Origin: an uncultured Acidobacteriota bacterium
GTDB taxonomy: Bacteria; Acidobacteriota; Thermoanaerobaculia; Multivoradales; DATKCC01
Length of the DNA stretch: 64,000 nucleotides
Assembly (NCBI GenBank): GCA_963843755.1
Contig: CAWJLS010000012.1
Span: forward strand, 4,001 to 68,000
Direction: 5' to 3'
The translations under genes and the position numbers were made by a program. Below, piece by piece: positions 1-9,628 of this stretch (position 1 is its first letter; every line of letters begins with the position of its first letter). A model generated the notes under the pieces. That model was given only the letters and a program-made list of their open reading frames with translations, did not search any database and was not told the origin of the DNA.

Positions 1-2258
1 ACCGACCCCTCGTTCGAGTACTGGCCGATCGTGGCCGTTCCGTTGCCGAAGCAGAGCATCGTCTCCGCCGGCTCCAGGGCGAACGGCTGGCCGCCCTCGC
101 AGGTGATCGCCACGCCGCGGTTGTCGGTCACGGTGACGCCGGTCAGGGTGACCTCGCCGGTGTTGGTGACCACGTACGTCCACTGCACGTTGTCGCCCTC
201 GGCCAGCGTCGGCCCGGGCGCCACGTCGGCGTCCTGCCCGTTGGTGTACTTCTCGAGGTGGACCGCCGGCTCGCCGACGATCTCCTCCGCGCAGTAGTGG
301 CTCGGGTCGCTGTCGGTGACGTCGTCGCCTTCCGGCGGCGTGCCGACCGCGGTGCCGACGTTGGCGTAGCAGGCCTCACTCGCCACCGCCGTGCCGCTGC
401 CGGTGCAGACCATCGACTCCCCCGGATCGAGGGTGGTCCGCGGACAGCTCACCGCGACGCCCTGGTCGTCGGTCACCGCGATGTCGGAGAGCGTCACGGA
501 GCCGGTGTTGGTGACGACGTAGGTCCAGATCACCGCGTCGCCGTGCACCAGGTGCGGCGCCGAGGCGACCCCGTCGGCGTCGAAGCCGTTGGTCAGCTTC
601 TCGACGTGGATCGCCGGCTCGTCGAGGACGTTCGGAGGCACGCCGTAGTAGTGGCTCGGGTCGGTGGCCGTGACCACCCGGCCATCCCCGGTACCGCTCG
701 CCGTGCCGACGTTGGCGTACTGCCCTTCCTCGGCGACGCCGCCGGCCGAGCAGACCATCGAGTCCCCGATGTCGAGGCTGGTCTTCGGGCAGACGACCGT
801 CACCGTCGGGTCGCTGTCGGCGACCGAGATGCCGGTGAGGCCGGTGCCGCCGATGTTGGTCACCCGGTAGGTCCAGGTCACCGGGTTGCCGCTGACGATC
901 GTCGGACCGGTGGGGTCGTCGGCGTCCTGGCCGTTGGTCATCTTTTCGAGACCGATGGCCGGCTCACCGACGACGAAGCTGGTGCCGAAGTAGTGGCTGG
1001 GGTCCGAGTCGGTGACCGGCGAGCCCTCGGGCGGGTTGCCGGTGACCGTGCCGATGTTGCCGTACTGGCCCGGCAGGGCGGTCCCGGCGGCCAGGCAGAC
1101 CATCGCCTCGTGCGGGTTGAGGGTGGTCTTCGGACAGGTCACCGCGACGCCCTGGTTGTCGCTCACCACGATGCCGGTCAGCCGGGCGTTGCCGGTGTTG
1201 GTCACCCGGTACTCCCAGGTGACCGTCGAGCCGATCTTGAGGATCGGTCCGGCCGGCTGGTCCGCGTCGACGCCGTTGGTGAACTTCTCGATGTCGATCG
1301 ACGGATGCCGTCCGACCGGGATCGGCGCGGGCGGCTCGTCGACACACCACGACTGGAGCGTGACCGCGAACCGGTTCTGGGCGGAGTAGCGGACGCCGAC
1401 GAAGGCGGGCTCCTCGGTGGCCATGTCGAGCCAGCCGAACGGCTCCTCGAGCAGCAGATCCCGGAGCGGCAACGACTGGGTGGCCAACAGCTCGATCACC
1501 CGGTTGTCGAACCGGACGCCCGGTTCGGTGTAGAACGCCTCGCCGCTCAGGGTCATCGGGGTGACCAGCGGGTCCTTCTGAGGCGACGGGACGCTCGGAC
1601 GGTCGACCCAGATGATCACCTGGGTCCCGCCGTCGAGGACGCCGGCTTCGAGGAAGCGCAGGACGTGGCGGTCGCAGAGGGCCGGACAGTCCTTGACGCG
1701 GTCGATGTCGGCCAGGACGTCGCCCTCGGCGAAGTCACCGTTCGGATCGACCCAGAAGTAGTCGCCCCAGAGGCTGTCGGCCCGCTCGGCGTCATTGCCG
1801 AGGGCGCGCAGGGTGACGTAGCCGACCATCAGGTCAGGCTCCACCTCGCTGCCGTAGTAGAGCCCCTCGTCTGGGGGTGGGTCATGAGACGGCTGGCCGG
1901 AGAGGGCCGCCTGGATGTGGGCGCGTTGGGCCGGCGACAGGGTGCGCCCGGGCAGCGTGCCCCGGATCAGCCAGTCGGACAGGTTGACCGTCTGGACCAT
2001 TCCCGGGTCGAGCCGGAGGTTGACTCCGAGCACCGGGATGCCCCAGTTGGTGGCGACGGTTACGCGCACGTCCGTCGCCTGGTCGTCGACGTTGCCGACC
2101 GCGAACAGCGTCGTCCGGTTGCCATTCAGGTCGACTTCGAAGTAGGGAAGAAGTAGGTCGGATGTGGTGTGGGGCTCCGCGACCAGGAGATTCGGGAGCA
2201 GGAACAGTGCCGTCGCGATGATCGCCGCGAGAGCGCGTCGGATGACTCGTAGCAGCAT
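1..2258 (-). CDS. Secreted/surface protein with an N-terminal LLLPYFEVDL-type domain and at least 4 tandem ~110-aa DUF11/DUF7507-like repeats; runs off the left edge of the window
   Basis: Read manually; absent from the ORF track because there is no stop in the window. ATG at 2258 follows a GAGGAGGG RBS. Translation begins MLLRVIRRALAAIIATALFLLPNLLVAEPHTTSDLLLPYFEVDLNGNRTTLFAVGN. Repeats of EK.TNG.DAD...GP....G..V.W.Y.VTN.G...DSDPSHY follow, and the same frame reads as repeat sequence at base 1. Paralogue of 2595..4640. Confidence 0.85.
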   Translation of the reverse strand, partial: MLLRVIRRALAAIIATALFLLPNLLVAEPHTTSDLLLPYFEVDLNGNRTTLFAVGNVDDQATDVRVTVATNWGIPVLGVNLRLDPGMVQTVNLSDWLIRGTLPGRTLSPAQRAHIQAALSGQPSHDPPPDEGLYYGSEVEPDLMVGYVTLRALGNDAERADSLWGDYFWVDPNGDFAEGDVLADIDRVKDCPALCDRHVLRFLEAGVLDGGTQVIIWVDRPSVPSPQKDPLVTPMTLSGEAFYTEPGVRFDNRVIELLATQSLPLRDLLLEEPFGWLDMATEEPAFVGVRYSAQNRFAVTLQSWCVDEPPAPIPVGRHPSIDIEKFTNGVDADQPAGPILKIGSTVTWEYRVTNTGNARLTGIVVSDNQGVAVTCPKTTLNPHEAMVCLAAGTALPGQYGNIGTVTGNPPEGSPVTDSDPSHYFGTSFVVGEPAIGLEKMTNGQDADDPTGPTIVSGNPVTWTYRVTNIGGTGLTGISVADSDPTVTVVCPKTSLDIGDSMVCSAGGVAEEGQYANVGTASGTGDGRVVTATDPSHYYGVPPNVLDEPAIHVEKLTNGFDADGVASAPHLVHGDAVIWTYVVTNTGSVTLSDIAVTDDQGVAVSCPRTTLDPGESMVCTGSGTAVASEACYANVGTAVGTPPEGDDVTDSDPSHYCAEEIVGEPAVHLEKYTNGQDADVAPGPTLAEGDNVQWTYVVTNTGEVTLTGVTVTDNRGVAITCEGGQPFALEPAETMLCFGNGTATIGQYSNEGS

Positions 2259-2316
2259 GCGTCCCTCCTCAGATCGGTGCTCCGGACGTTCGGTTCCCGG
2301 AGCTGACTTCTGGAGG

Positions 2317-2332
2317 GGCAAGGTGCGTACCG
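2317..2332 (-). promoter_or_regulatory. Putative sigma-54 (-24/-12) promoter
   Basis: Minus strand reads CGGTACGCACCTTGCC, i.e. GG-N10-GC with TTGC, about 60 bp upstream of the ATG at 2258. Confidence 0.6.
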
Positions 2333-2432
2333 TAGACCGATGGCTATGCGAATCGAGAAAAACCCTTTGTCCTGAGGAAGATGAACCGGTCGAAGGACCG
2401 CTGGCAGGCGCGTGCCGGAGGTGTCCGGCTCG

Positions 2433-2463
2433 GTGTCCGACACGCCGGACGGGTGTCCGACAC
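2433..2463. promoter_or_regulatory. Two copies of the palindrome GTGTCCGACAC (candidate enhancer-binding-protein sites)
   Basis: Identical 11-mers at 2433-2443 and 2453-2463, about 100-130 bp upstream of the sigma-54 motif. Confidence 0.5.
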
Positions 2464-2481
2464 CCGGCACCCCGGAAAGAC

Positions 2482-2521
2482 AAAAAAAAGGGGGGTCGAC
2501 CCGGATGACCGTGTCGACCCC
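2482..2521 (-). terminator. Rho-independent terminator
   Basis: Minus-strand hairpin GGGGTCGAC/GTCGACCCC followed by CCTTTTTTTT, downstream of 2595..4640. Confidence 0.8.
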
Positions 2522-2594
2522 TTCCCGATCCGAAGGGGCTCCTAGCCCCCTGCTGACGAACAGCCGGAGCAACGACGCCCCGGCCGCTGTAGCT

Positions 2595-4640
2595 CTAGTT
2601 GAGTGGGCAACCCAGGTTGTTTTGGGTATCCAAGGTGGCGGCGAGCGCCAGCATCGTGGCCCGGTCCCCGCTCGCGAGAGCCGAGTCCACGTCGCTGATG
2701 ACGATCGCCGTCGTCAAGGGGTAGTCCACTCCGGAGTGACTGGTGTTGAGCAGTGCCGCGATCGAAGCTCGCAGCAGGTTTCCGACGCCGCCCTCGACCC
2801 CCGAGCCGCCCTGGAAGCTCAGCCCCTGGAGCAGGGTGGCCCCGCCGTAGCTCGGGTAGGCCGCGGCCTGGGAGAAGACGCTCTGGACGCTCTGCGACGG
2901 GGAGTACCCGGTCGAGGCCCAGGAGTCGGTGTGATTCTTCCAGTAGCCGGGCGTGCAGCCCTGGTCGCCGCTGGACTGCTGGACGCCGTAGTAGTGGCTG
3001 GGGTCCTGGTCGGTGACCGAAGCCCGCGTGGCCACGTCGCGGCCGGTGACGGTCGCCACGTTGGCGTACTGGCCCACGGCCGCGACACCGGTCTTGGGGC
3101 TACAGGTCATCGACTCGCCGGGAGCCAGGGTCGTCTTCGGGCAGGTGACCGCGCCCTCGTGGTCGTCCCCCACCGCGATGTTCTCGAGGGTGACGCCGGC
3201 GTTCGGGTTGGTGACCACGTAGCCCCAGGTCACCTGGCCGCCGACCAGGATCTGGGGACCCGGCGCCTCGTCGGCGTCGACCCCGTTGGTCGACTTCTCG
3301 ATGTCGATCATGATCGGCAAGGCGGTGTTCTGGACCCAGTAGTGGCTGGGGTCGCTGTCGGTGACGTCCGGCCCGCTCGGCGGGGTCCCGGTCACGTCGG
3401 CCACGTTGGTGTAGTAGTAGTTGCCGGACGGCAGGTCCTGCTGGCCCGGGGCGGTCCCGGTCTTGGTGCAGGTCATGGACTCGCCCACCGCGAGCGTGGT
3501 CTTGGGACAGGAGATGGCGCCCTCCTGGTCGTCGGTGACCTGGACGTCGGCCAGCTCGACGTCGCCCGTGTTGGTGACCACGTACTCCCAGGTGATGGCA
3601 TCGCCCGGTGCGACCTGGGGACCGATCGGCTCGTCGGCATCCTCACCGTTGGTCGACTTCTCGATGTCGATCCCCGGCTCGTCGGAGCCACCACCGCCGC
3701 CGCCGCAGGTCGGGCACCCCGTCTCGGGCAGACACCAGCTCTGCATGGAGATGCTGAAGCGGTGGCTGGCGGTGTAGCGCACGCCGACGTAGACGCTCTC
3801 GTCGGTCACCAGGTCGAGCCAGCCGAACGCCTCGTTGAGCAGCAGGTCCCGCACGTCGAGCTGCTGAACCGGCAGCAGGTCGAGGTCGCGCTCGCCGAGC
3901 TCCTCGCCCGACTCCTTGTGGAAGCCGGAGACGGAGAGCACCGTGCCGACGGACAGGGCGTTGGCGTTCGGCGACGGGGCGCCGACCCGCGGGCTCCAGA
4001 TGATGAGCTTGGTGCCGCCGTCGATGGCGCCGCCGTCGAGGAAGCGCAGACGATGGTGGTCGCACAGCCCCGCGCACGGCATGGTCTTGTCGATGTTGAC
4101 CAGCAGGTCGCCCTCGGCGAAGTCCTCGCCGGGGGTGACGAAGAAGTAGTCGCCCCAGAGCACGTCCGGGCGCCCGCTGCTGGTCACCCGCAGGGTCACG
4201 TAGCCGACCGCCAGGTCGGTCTTGAACGGGTCCGGCTGGGTGCCGTAGTACATCTGGTCCTTGGGCGAGAGCTGGCCGGAGAGGGCCGCCTGGACGTGGG
4301 CCAGGGTGGCCGGATCGAACGCGCGGTCGAGCAACTGCCCCTTGCCGAGCCAGTCCCGGAGGTTGACCGTCTGTACCTGGCCGCCCGCGAGCTCGATCTT
4401 GGTCTGGAAGATGCGGATGCCCCAGTTGGTGGAGACGGCGGCCTGGACGGTCACCGGCTCGTCCGAGGCGTTGCCGACGGCGAACAGGGTGGTCTTGCCG
4501 GCCGGGGCTCCGAGGTCGACCTCGAAGTAGGGCAGCAGCAGGTCGGACGACGGCCGCGGCTCGGCCGCCAAGGGGGCAGCCACCACCAGTGCGGTCAGGA
4601 TCAGGAGCGCCGTGATCAGGTGTGCCAGTCGGGTTCGCAT
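2595..4640 (-). CDS. Secreted/surface protein: signal peptide, LLLPYFEVDL-type domain, two DUF11/DUF7507-like repeats, C-terminal GCTPGYWKNH domain
   Basis: 681-aa ORF with a hydrophobic signal peptide and a GGAGGAGG RBS. Two IEKSTNG.DADE..GP repeats and a GCTPGYWKNH motif are present. Confidence 0.85.
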   Translation of the reverse strand: MRTRLAHLITALLILTALVVAAPLAAEPRPSSDLLLPYFEVDLGAPAGKTTLFAVGNASDEPVTVQAAVSTNWGIRIFQTKIELAGGQVQTVNLRDWLGKGQLLDRAFDPATLAHVQAALSGQLSPKDQMYYGTQPDPFKTDLAVGYVTLRVTSSGRPDVLWGDYFFVTPGEDFAEGDLLVNIDKTMPCAGLCDHHRLRFLDGGAIDGGTKLIIWSPRVGAPSPNANALSVGTVLSVSGFHKESGEELGERDLDLLPVQQLDVRDLLLNEAFGWLDLVTDESVYVGVRYTASHRFSISMQSWCLPETGCPTCGGGGGGSDEPGIDIEKSTNGEDADEPIGPQVAPGDAITWEYVVTNTGDVELADVQVTDDQEGAISCPKTTLAVGESMTCTKTGTAPGQQDLPSGNYYYTNVADVTGTPPSGPDVTDSDPSHYWVQNTALPIMIDIEKSTNGVDADEAPGPQILVGGQVTWGYVVTNPNAGVTLENIAVGDDHEGAVTCPKTTLAPGESMTCSPKTGVAAVGQYANVATVTGRDVATRASVTDQDPSHYYGVQQSSGDQGCTPGYWKNHTDSWASTGYSPSQSVQSVFSQAAAYPSYGGATLLQGLSFQGGSGVEGGVGNLLRASIAALLNTSHSGVDYPLTTAIVISDVDSALASGDRATMLALAATLDTQNNLGCPLN

Positions 4641-4696
4641 CGTCGCCTCCTCCGGGTCGGGTGGAACGTCGTGTGTTGCGTTCGGGACCCTGGAAG

Positions 4697-4713
4697 AGCA
4701 AGCGCGATACCTG
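4697..4713 (-). promoter_or_regulatory. Putative sigma-54 (-24/-12) promoter with a nearby IHF-like site
   Basis: Minus strand reads CAGGTATCGCGCTTGCT (GG-N10-GC, TTGC). TTTCAACATCTTG at 4741-4753 is one mismatch from the IHF consensus WATCAANNNNTTR. Confidence 0.6.
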
Positions 4714-4790
4714 CCTGAAGAATCGATCCAACTCGTTCTATTTCAACATCTTGGACGTCATATGCAGGCATCGAAACTCGCGCATTTCAG

Positions 4791-4834
4791 CCTGTCGGGA
4801 GAGTGTCGGACAGTGGAACGCCTGTCCCGACAGG
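4791..4834. promoter_or_regulatory. TGTC..GACA palindromic sites (candidate upstream activator sequences)
   Basis: GTGTCGGACAG (4803-4813) and CCTGTCCCGACAGG (4821-4834) resemble the GTGTCCGACAC sites upstream of the paralogue. Confidence 0.45.
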
Positions 4835-4883
4835 TGGCGCAGGAGGGGTGCCGCGGAGGAGTGGGGGGGGTGGAGCGTGGAGG

Positions 4884-7304
4884 TCAGGGCAGGCGCAGGA
4901 CCAGGACCGTCTGGTCGTCCTCGCGCGGCGCGTTGCCGACGAAGCGCTCGAGATCGCCGAGGATGCCGTCCCGGACCTGCTCGGGCGGGCAGCCGACCAG
5001 GGTGGCGAGCCTCTCTTCGAGGCGCTCGAAGCCGTAGAGGTCGGTCGAGCCTTCGCGCCGCGCCTCGACGATGCCGTCGGAGATCAGCACGACCGTGTCC
5101 CCCGGATCGAGCTGGCGTCGGCGGACCGAGACGTCGAGCTCGGGGCGCACGCCGAGGGGGTAGGCGGTCGACGGCAGGGCACGGACCGATCGGTTCGGAC
5201 CGTCGGCGCCGAGCAGGTACGGGTAGAGGTGGCCGGCGCTGGCGTAGACCAGCTCACGGGTACGCGGGTCGAGCACGGCGTAGCAGAGGGTCGTGATCAG
5301 GCGCCGGCGGGCGCTCTGGTAGACCAGCCGGTTGAGGGTGGTGAAGACCGAGGTCACGTCCGGATCGAACGCCACCTGGACCGCCAGGGCGGACTTGGCC
5401 GCCGACATCACCAGCCCGCTGGAGACGCCGTGGCCGGCCACGTCCCCCACCGCCACCGCCAGCCGGCCGTCCTCGAGCGCGAGCACGTCGTAGAAGTCGC
5501 CGCCGACCTCGGTCGCCGGCAGGTAGGCGTGGGCCAGGTCGACCCCGGCCAGGCGCGGCGGCAGCTCCGGCAGGATCGAGCTCTGGATCCTGCGCGCCGT
5601 CTCCAGCTCCACCCGCTGGCGCTCGCGCTCCGCGATCCGGCGCACGTGGGGCGGCACGTCGTCCCAGTGGTAGACGAACTCCCGCCGGCTGCCCAGGAAG
5701 CGGACCGACAGCGCCGCCGGCACGGCGACCACGGCGAGCGCCAACCAGCCCTGGACCTCGAGCGCCCGGTTGCCCGAGAAGACCAGCGGCAGGGCCCCCA
5801 TGCCGACCTGGAGCGTGGCCGAGGCCAGGAGCACGGTCAACAGGTCGTAGGCCAGGAACAGTCCGATCATGGCGAGCGCCTGGACCGAGCTCAGCGCGAT
5901 CGCCCAGCCGAGGGGCAGCACCGAGTAGGTGGGGAACAGGAAGAGGGCGCTGACCAGGGTCACCGTCACCACCCCGCCCGCGGTCCCGAGGCGCCGGACC
6001 GCCACCGGCACCAGGAACAGCCGGCCGAACAGCTCGCGGTAGAACACGAGCAGGAGCGACACCCCGACCAGGGACAGCCCCGGCAGCGGGCTCTTGAACC
6101 ACAGGTCGTCGAGCAGGAAGGAGACCTCGGGCCAGACGCCCAGGCGGCGGAGCGGCAAGGACAGCCCCAGCAGCACGCCGAGCAGGACGACGCCGGCGGC
6201 CAGCCCGCGCAGCGACGCGCGCGCCACGGTGGCGTTGTCCCACTCGCCCTTGAACAGCGAGTCGAAGGCGGCCAGCTTCTCCCCCATGCGCTCCCGCGAC
6301 AGGCTCTCCCCCACCGACCAGCTCAGGAAGATGACCAGCGCGACCGGGAAGAAGAACAGGATCGAGAACTGGAGACCCCAGACCCAGGTGACCTGTTGCC
6401 GGGTGAACACGCCCCAGCTCGGTCCCTCGGTCGCCGAGCGCGCGACCAACGCCACCACCACCAAGGCCGCGCCGAAGGCGAGGCCGAACAGGTGCACCGC
6501 CCGGCGCACGCCGACCTCGCCGGCGTGGTAGAGGCGCAGGAACACCATCGCCACCGCGATCGCGATCAGGTACGTACCGAGGAAGTGGGCCTGGTTCCAG
6601 ATCTGGAAGCTCTGGAGGCTCGGCTGGAGCGCCCGCGAGTCGGCGTCCTCCTGCCAGGAATCGAAGCCGGTCAGCCGGTCCCCGGCGAAGTGCACCTCGA
6701 GGCCGTAGCGGAGCCGGTCGCCGAGCGCCGCCTCGCGCGACTCGTAGCGCAGGTCGAGATCGGTGCGCGCGCGGAGCTGGGCGCTGCGCACCGCCGGCCG
6801 CTCGTAGAGGTCGAGGTCGAACCCCTCGGCGCGCAGGAAGGCGTCCGCCCGGGCGATCGCCTCCGCCGGCTCGATGGCGGCGATCTCTTCGTCCGGCTCG
6901 ACCCGGGCCTGGAGCGAGGTCAGCGTGCCGTCCGGCGCGACCTCCGCCCGGTAGCTCCACTCCCCCGGATAGGAGCCGCGCTCGTACAGGGTGACCCGCC
7001 ACTCGAAGATCCGCCGGGCCAGGTCGCTGCCGGCGATGCGCTCCATCGGAACGGTCTCCGACGACAGCAGCAGGCGGCGTTCGAGCAGCCCGCGGGCGGT
7101 GGTGAAATCGACCACCACGTACGGGTCGGCCACCGGCTCGCCCAGGTCGCGGGCCCGCTCCAGGGCGATCGCCTTGGCCTCGCCGGCGGTCACCTGCCAG
7201 TGACGGGGGAAGAGGGGGAAGAGGCGGGGGAACGCCCATGCGATCACCGCCGCCGCGACGAGGGCGGCGGCGACCCATGGGGCAATGCGTTTGAGGTCGT
7301 TCAT
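4884..7304 (-). CDS. Multi-pass membrane protein with a C-terminal PP2C/SpoIIE (RsbU-like) phosphatase domain
   Basis: Motifs VGGDFYD, GDVAGHG, SAGH, ISDGIVE and EDDQT. An N-terminal extracytoplasmic region is followed by about 10 hydrophobic segments. Confidence 0.88.
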   Translation of the reverse strand: MNDLKRIAPWVAAALVAAAVIAWAFPRLFPLFPRHWQVTAGEAKAIALERARDLGEPVADPYVVVDFTTARGLLERRLLLSSETVPMERIAGSDLARRIFEWRVTLYERGSYPGEWSYRAEVAPDGTLTSLQARVEPDEEIAAIEPAEAIARADAFLRAEGFDLDLYERPAVRSAQLRARTDLDLRYESREAALGDRLRYGLEVHFAGDRLTGFDSWQEDADSRALQPSLQSFQIWNQAHFLGTYLIAIAVAMVFLRLYHAGEVGVRRAVHLFGLAFGAALVVVALVARSATEGPSWGVFTRQQVTWVWGLQFSILFFFPVALVIFLSWSVGESLSRERMGEKLAAFDSLFKGEWDNATVARASLRGLAAGVVLLGVLLGLSLPLRRLGVWPEVSFLLDDLWFKSPLPGLSLVGVSLLLVFYRELFGRLFLVPVAVRRLGTAGGVVTVTLVSALFLFPTYSVLPLGWAIALSSVQALAMIGLFLAYDLLTVLLASATLQVGMGALPLVFSGNRALEVQGWLALAVVAVPAALSVRFLGSRREFVYHWDDVPPHVRRIAERERQRVELETARRIQSSILPELPPRLAGVDLAHAYLPATEVGGDFYDVLALEDGRLAVAVGDVAGHGVSSGLVMSAAKSALAVQVAFDPDVTSVFTTLNRLVYQSARRRLITTLCYAVLDPRTRELVYASAGHLYPYLLGADGPNRSVRALPSTAYPLGVRPELDVSVRRRQLDPGDTVVLISDGIVEARREGSTDLYGFERLEERLATLVGCPPEQVRDGILGDLERFVGNAPREDDQTVLVLRLP

Positions 7305-7445
7305 CGGGCGTGTCGGGGACCGGGCGGCAGCCGCCCCAATCCCCGCACGTTACTACGACCTCGCGGAGGATGACGTTTCGCCGATCTCCCCGGACCCCGA
7401 GTCACCCGCGGGAGGGGGCCCCAGGGGTTGGAGGGGAGATCCGGC

Positions 7446-8366
7446 CTACAGCTTGGCGAACAGCTCCTTGACCTCCGCGGCCGAGGCATGGAGCGCCTGG
7501 CGCTCGTCGTCCGCGAGATCGAACTCCATCACCTGCTCGACGCCCTTCCTGCCGAGCTTCACCGGCACGCCGGCGTAGACGCCGTCGAGCCCGTACTCGC
7601 CCTCGAGATAGACCGAGCACGGCAGGATCTGCTTCTTGTCGCGCAGGATCGAGCTGACCATGTCGAAGGCCGCGGCGGACGGCGCGTAGTAGGCCGAGCC
7701 GGTCTTGAGCAGGCCGACGATCTCGCCGCCGCCCTTCCGGGTACGGTTGTTGATCGCCTCGATGGTCTCGTCGTCGAGCAGCTCCGGCAGCGGCACGCCG
7801 GCGACCGTCGTGTAGCGGGCCAGCGGCACCATCGAATCGCCGTGGCCGCCGAGCACGAAGGCGGTGACGTCCTTGACGGAGACCCCCAGCTCGGCCGCCA
7901 CGAAGCAGCGCATGCGGGCGGAGTCGAGCACGCCGGCCATGCCGAAGACCCGCTCGCGCGGAAACTCGGAGACCCGGCGGGCGACCTCGCACATGGCGTC
8001 CAGCGGGTTGGTGACCAGGATCAGGATGGTGTCGGGCGAGCGCTTGATCAGCTCGCCGATCACCTCCTGGGTGATCGCCTGGTTCTTGGCCAGCAGGTCG
8101 TCCCGGCTCATGCCCGGCTTCCTGGGCAGGCCGGCGGTGACCACGCAGACGTCGGAGCCGGCGCTCAGGTCGTAGTCGCTGCCGCCCTCGATCTTGGCGT
8201 CGAAGCCGAGCACCGGCGCCGACTCCATCATGTCCAGCGCCTTGCCCTGGGCCATGTCGCCCATGATGTCGATCATCGCGACGTCGGCCAGCTCGGCCTC
8301 GGCGATGCGCTGCGCGGTGGTGGCGCCGACGTGGCCGGCCCCGACGACGGTGACTTTATGGTCCAT
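7446..8366 (-). CDS. mdh: Malate dehydrogenase (LDH-like)
   Basis: MDHKVTVVGAGHVG Rossmann motif, TAGLPRKPGMSRDDL, LDSAR, GGHGD. Real start is the ATG at 8366 inside the longer ORF. Confidence 0.95.
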   Translation of the reverse strand: MDHKVTVVGAGHVGATTAQRIAEAELADVAMIDIMGDMAQGKALDMMESAPVLGFDAKIEGGSDYDLSAGSDVCVVTAGLPRKPGMSRDDLLAKNQAITQEVIGELIKRSPDTILILVTNPLDAMCEVARRVSEFPRERVFGMAGVLDSARMRCFVAAELGVSVKDVTAFVLGGHGDSMVPLARYTTVAGVPLPELLDDETIEAINNRTRKGGGEIVGLLKTGSAYYAPSAAAFDMVSSILRDKKQILPCSVYLEGEYGLDGVYAGVPVKLGRKGVEQVMEFDLADDERQALHASAAEVKELFAKL

Positions 8367-8386
8367 AGTGCTGCCTCTCTCTTTCC

Positions 8387-9628
8387 TTACAGGTTCTCGA
8401 CGATGGCGTCGGCGAACTCGGAGGTGCCGAGCTTGGTCGCCCCGTCCATCTGGCGTTCCAGGTCGTAGGTGACCCGCTTCTGGGTGATGGTCTCGGAGAT
8501 CGCGTGCTCGAGCTTGTCGGAAGCCTCGCGCCAACCGAGCCACTTGAGCATCATCACACCCGAGAGGATCAGGGAGCTCGGGTTGACCTTGTTGAGATCC
8601 GCGTACTTGGGCGCGGTGCCGTGAGTCGCCTCGAACAGCGCCATGCCGTCGCCCTCGTTCGAGCCGGGCGCCATGCCGAGGCCGCCGACCTGGGCCGCCA
8701 GGGCGTCGGAGAGGAAGTCGCCGTTCAGGTTGGTCGTGGCGATGACGTCGTACTCGGCAGGGCGCAGCAGGATCTGCTGGAACATGGAGTCGGCGATGCG
8801 GTCCTTGACCACGATCTTGCCCTCCGGGACCTTGCCGTCGTGCTTGTCCCAGACGTCGCCCTCGGAGACGGTGTCGGCGGCGAACTCGTCGCGGGCCAGC
8901 TCGTAGCCCCACTCGCGGAACGCCCCCTCGGTGAACTTCATGATGTTGCCCTTGTGCATCAGGGTGACCGAGTCCTTGCCCTCGCGCCGGGCGTACTCGA
9001 TCGCCTTGCGCACCAGGCGCTTGCTGCCGGTGATCGAGACCGGCTTGATGCCGATGCCGCTGTCCTCGCGGATCTTGGCGCCGAGGCCGGCGAGGAACTC
9101 GATCAGCCTCTTGGCCTCGTCCGAGCCCTGGGGGTACTCGATGCCCGCGTACACGTCCTCGGTGTTCTCCCGGAAGATCACCATGTCGACCTTCTCGGGC
9201 GCGACCACCGGCGACGGCACGCCCTCGTACCAGCGCACCGGGCGCACGCAAGCGTAGAGGTCGAGAACCTGGCGCAGAGTGACGTTGAGACTCCGGAAGC
9301 CGCCGCCCACCGGCGTGGTCAGGGGGCCCTTGATGGCGCAGCGGAAGTGGCGGATGGCCTCGAAGGTGTCCGAGGGGAGCCAGTCGTCGAAGCGGTCCTT
9401 GGCCTTCTCGCCGGCGAAGATTTCGAACCAGGCGATCGACTTCGAGCCGCCGAAGGTCTTGTCGACGGCGGCGTCGAGAACCTTGCGGGTGGCCTTCCAG
9501 ATATCGCGCCCGATGCCGTCGCCCTCGATGAACGGGACGATCGGGCGATCGGGGATCTCGAGCTTGCCGTCCTGCCACTGGATCTCTTGTCCGTCGGCGG
9601 GTGGCGTCATGTCGTTGAAACGGACCAA
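8387..9628 (-). CDS. icd: Isocitrate dehydrogenase (NADP, E. coli type)
   Basis: [55 protein letters not shown]. Confidence 0.97.
   Translation of the reverse strand: MVRFNDMTPPADGQEIQWQDGKLEIPDRPIVPFIEGDGIGRDIWKATRKVLDAAVDKTFGGSKSIAWFEIFAGEKAKDRFDDWLPSDTFEAIRHFRCAIKGPLTTPVGGGFRSLNVTLRQVLDLYACVRPVRWYEGVPSPVVAPEKVDMVIFRENTEDVYAGIEYPQGSDEAKRLIEFLAGLGAKIREDSGIGIKPVSITGSKRLVRKAIEYARREGKDSVTLMHKGNIMKFTEGAFREWGYELARDEFAADTVSEGDVWDKHDGKVPEGKIVVKDRIADSMFQQILLRPAEYDVIATTNLNGDFLSDALAAQVGGLGMAPGSNEGDGMALFEATHGTAPKYADLNKVNPSSLILSGVMMLKWLGWREASDKLEHAISETITQKRVTYDLERQMDGATKLGTSEFADAIVENL

Noticed and set aside
1-1300. CRISPR-like or DGR-like repeats in the ~330-bp periodic region
   Set aside because: These are degenerate in-frame protein domain repeats, with no identical short repeats plus spacers and no reverse transcriptase or cas genes
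258-4718. Long + strand ORFs (258..2156, 2412..4718) and many similar antisense or off-frame ORFs across the window
   Set aside because: Shadow ORFs of high-GC coding sequence: Arg/Gly/Ala-rich, no motifs, and opposite well-supported genes
7446-9578. Apparent 710-aa fusion ORF ending in malate dehydrogenase; similar long 5' extensions of ddl, rsmA, batB, batC and batE
   Set aside because: The upstream parts are off-frame read-through of the preceding genes; the true starts are internal
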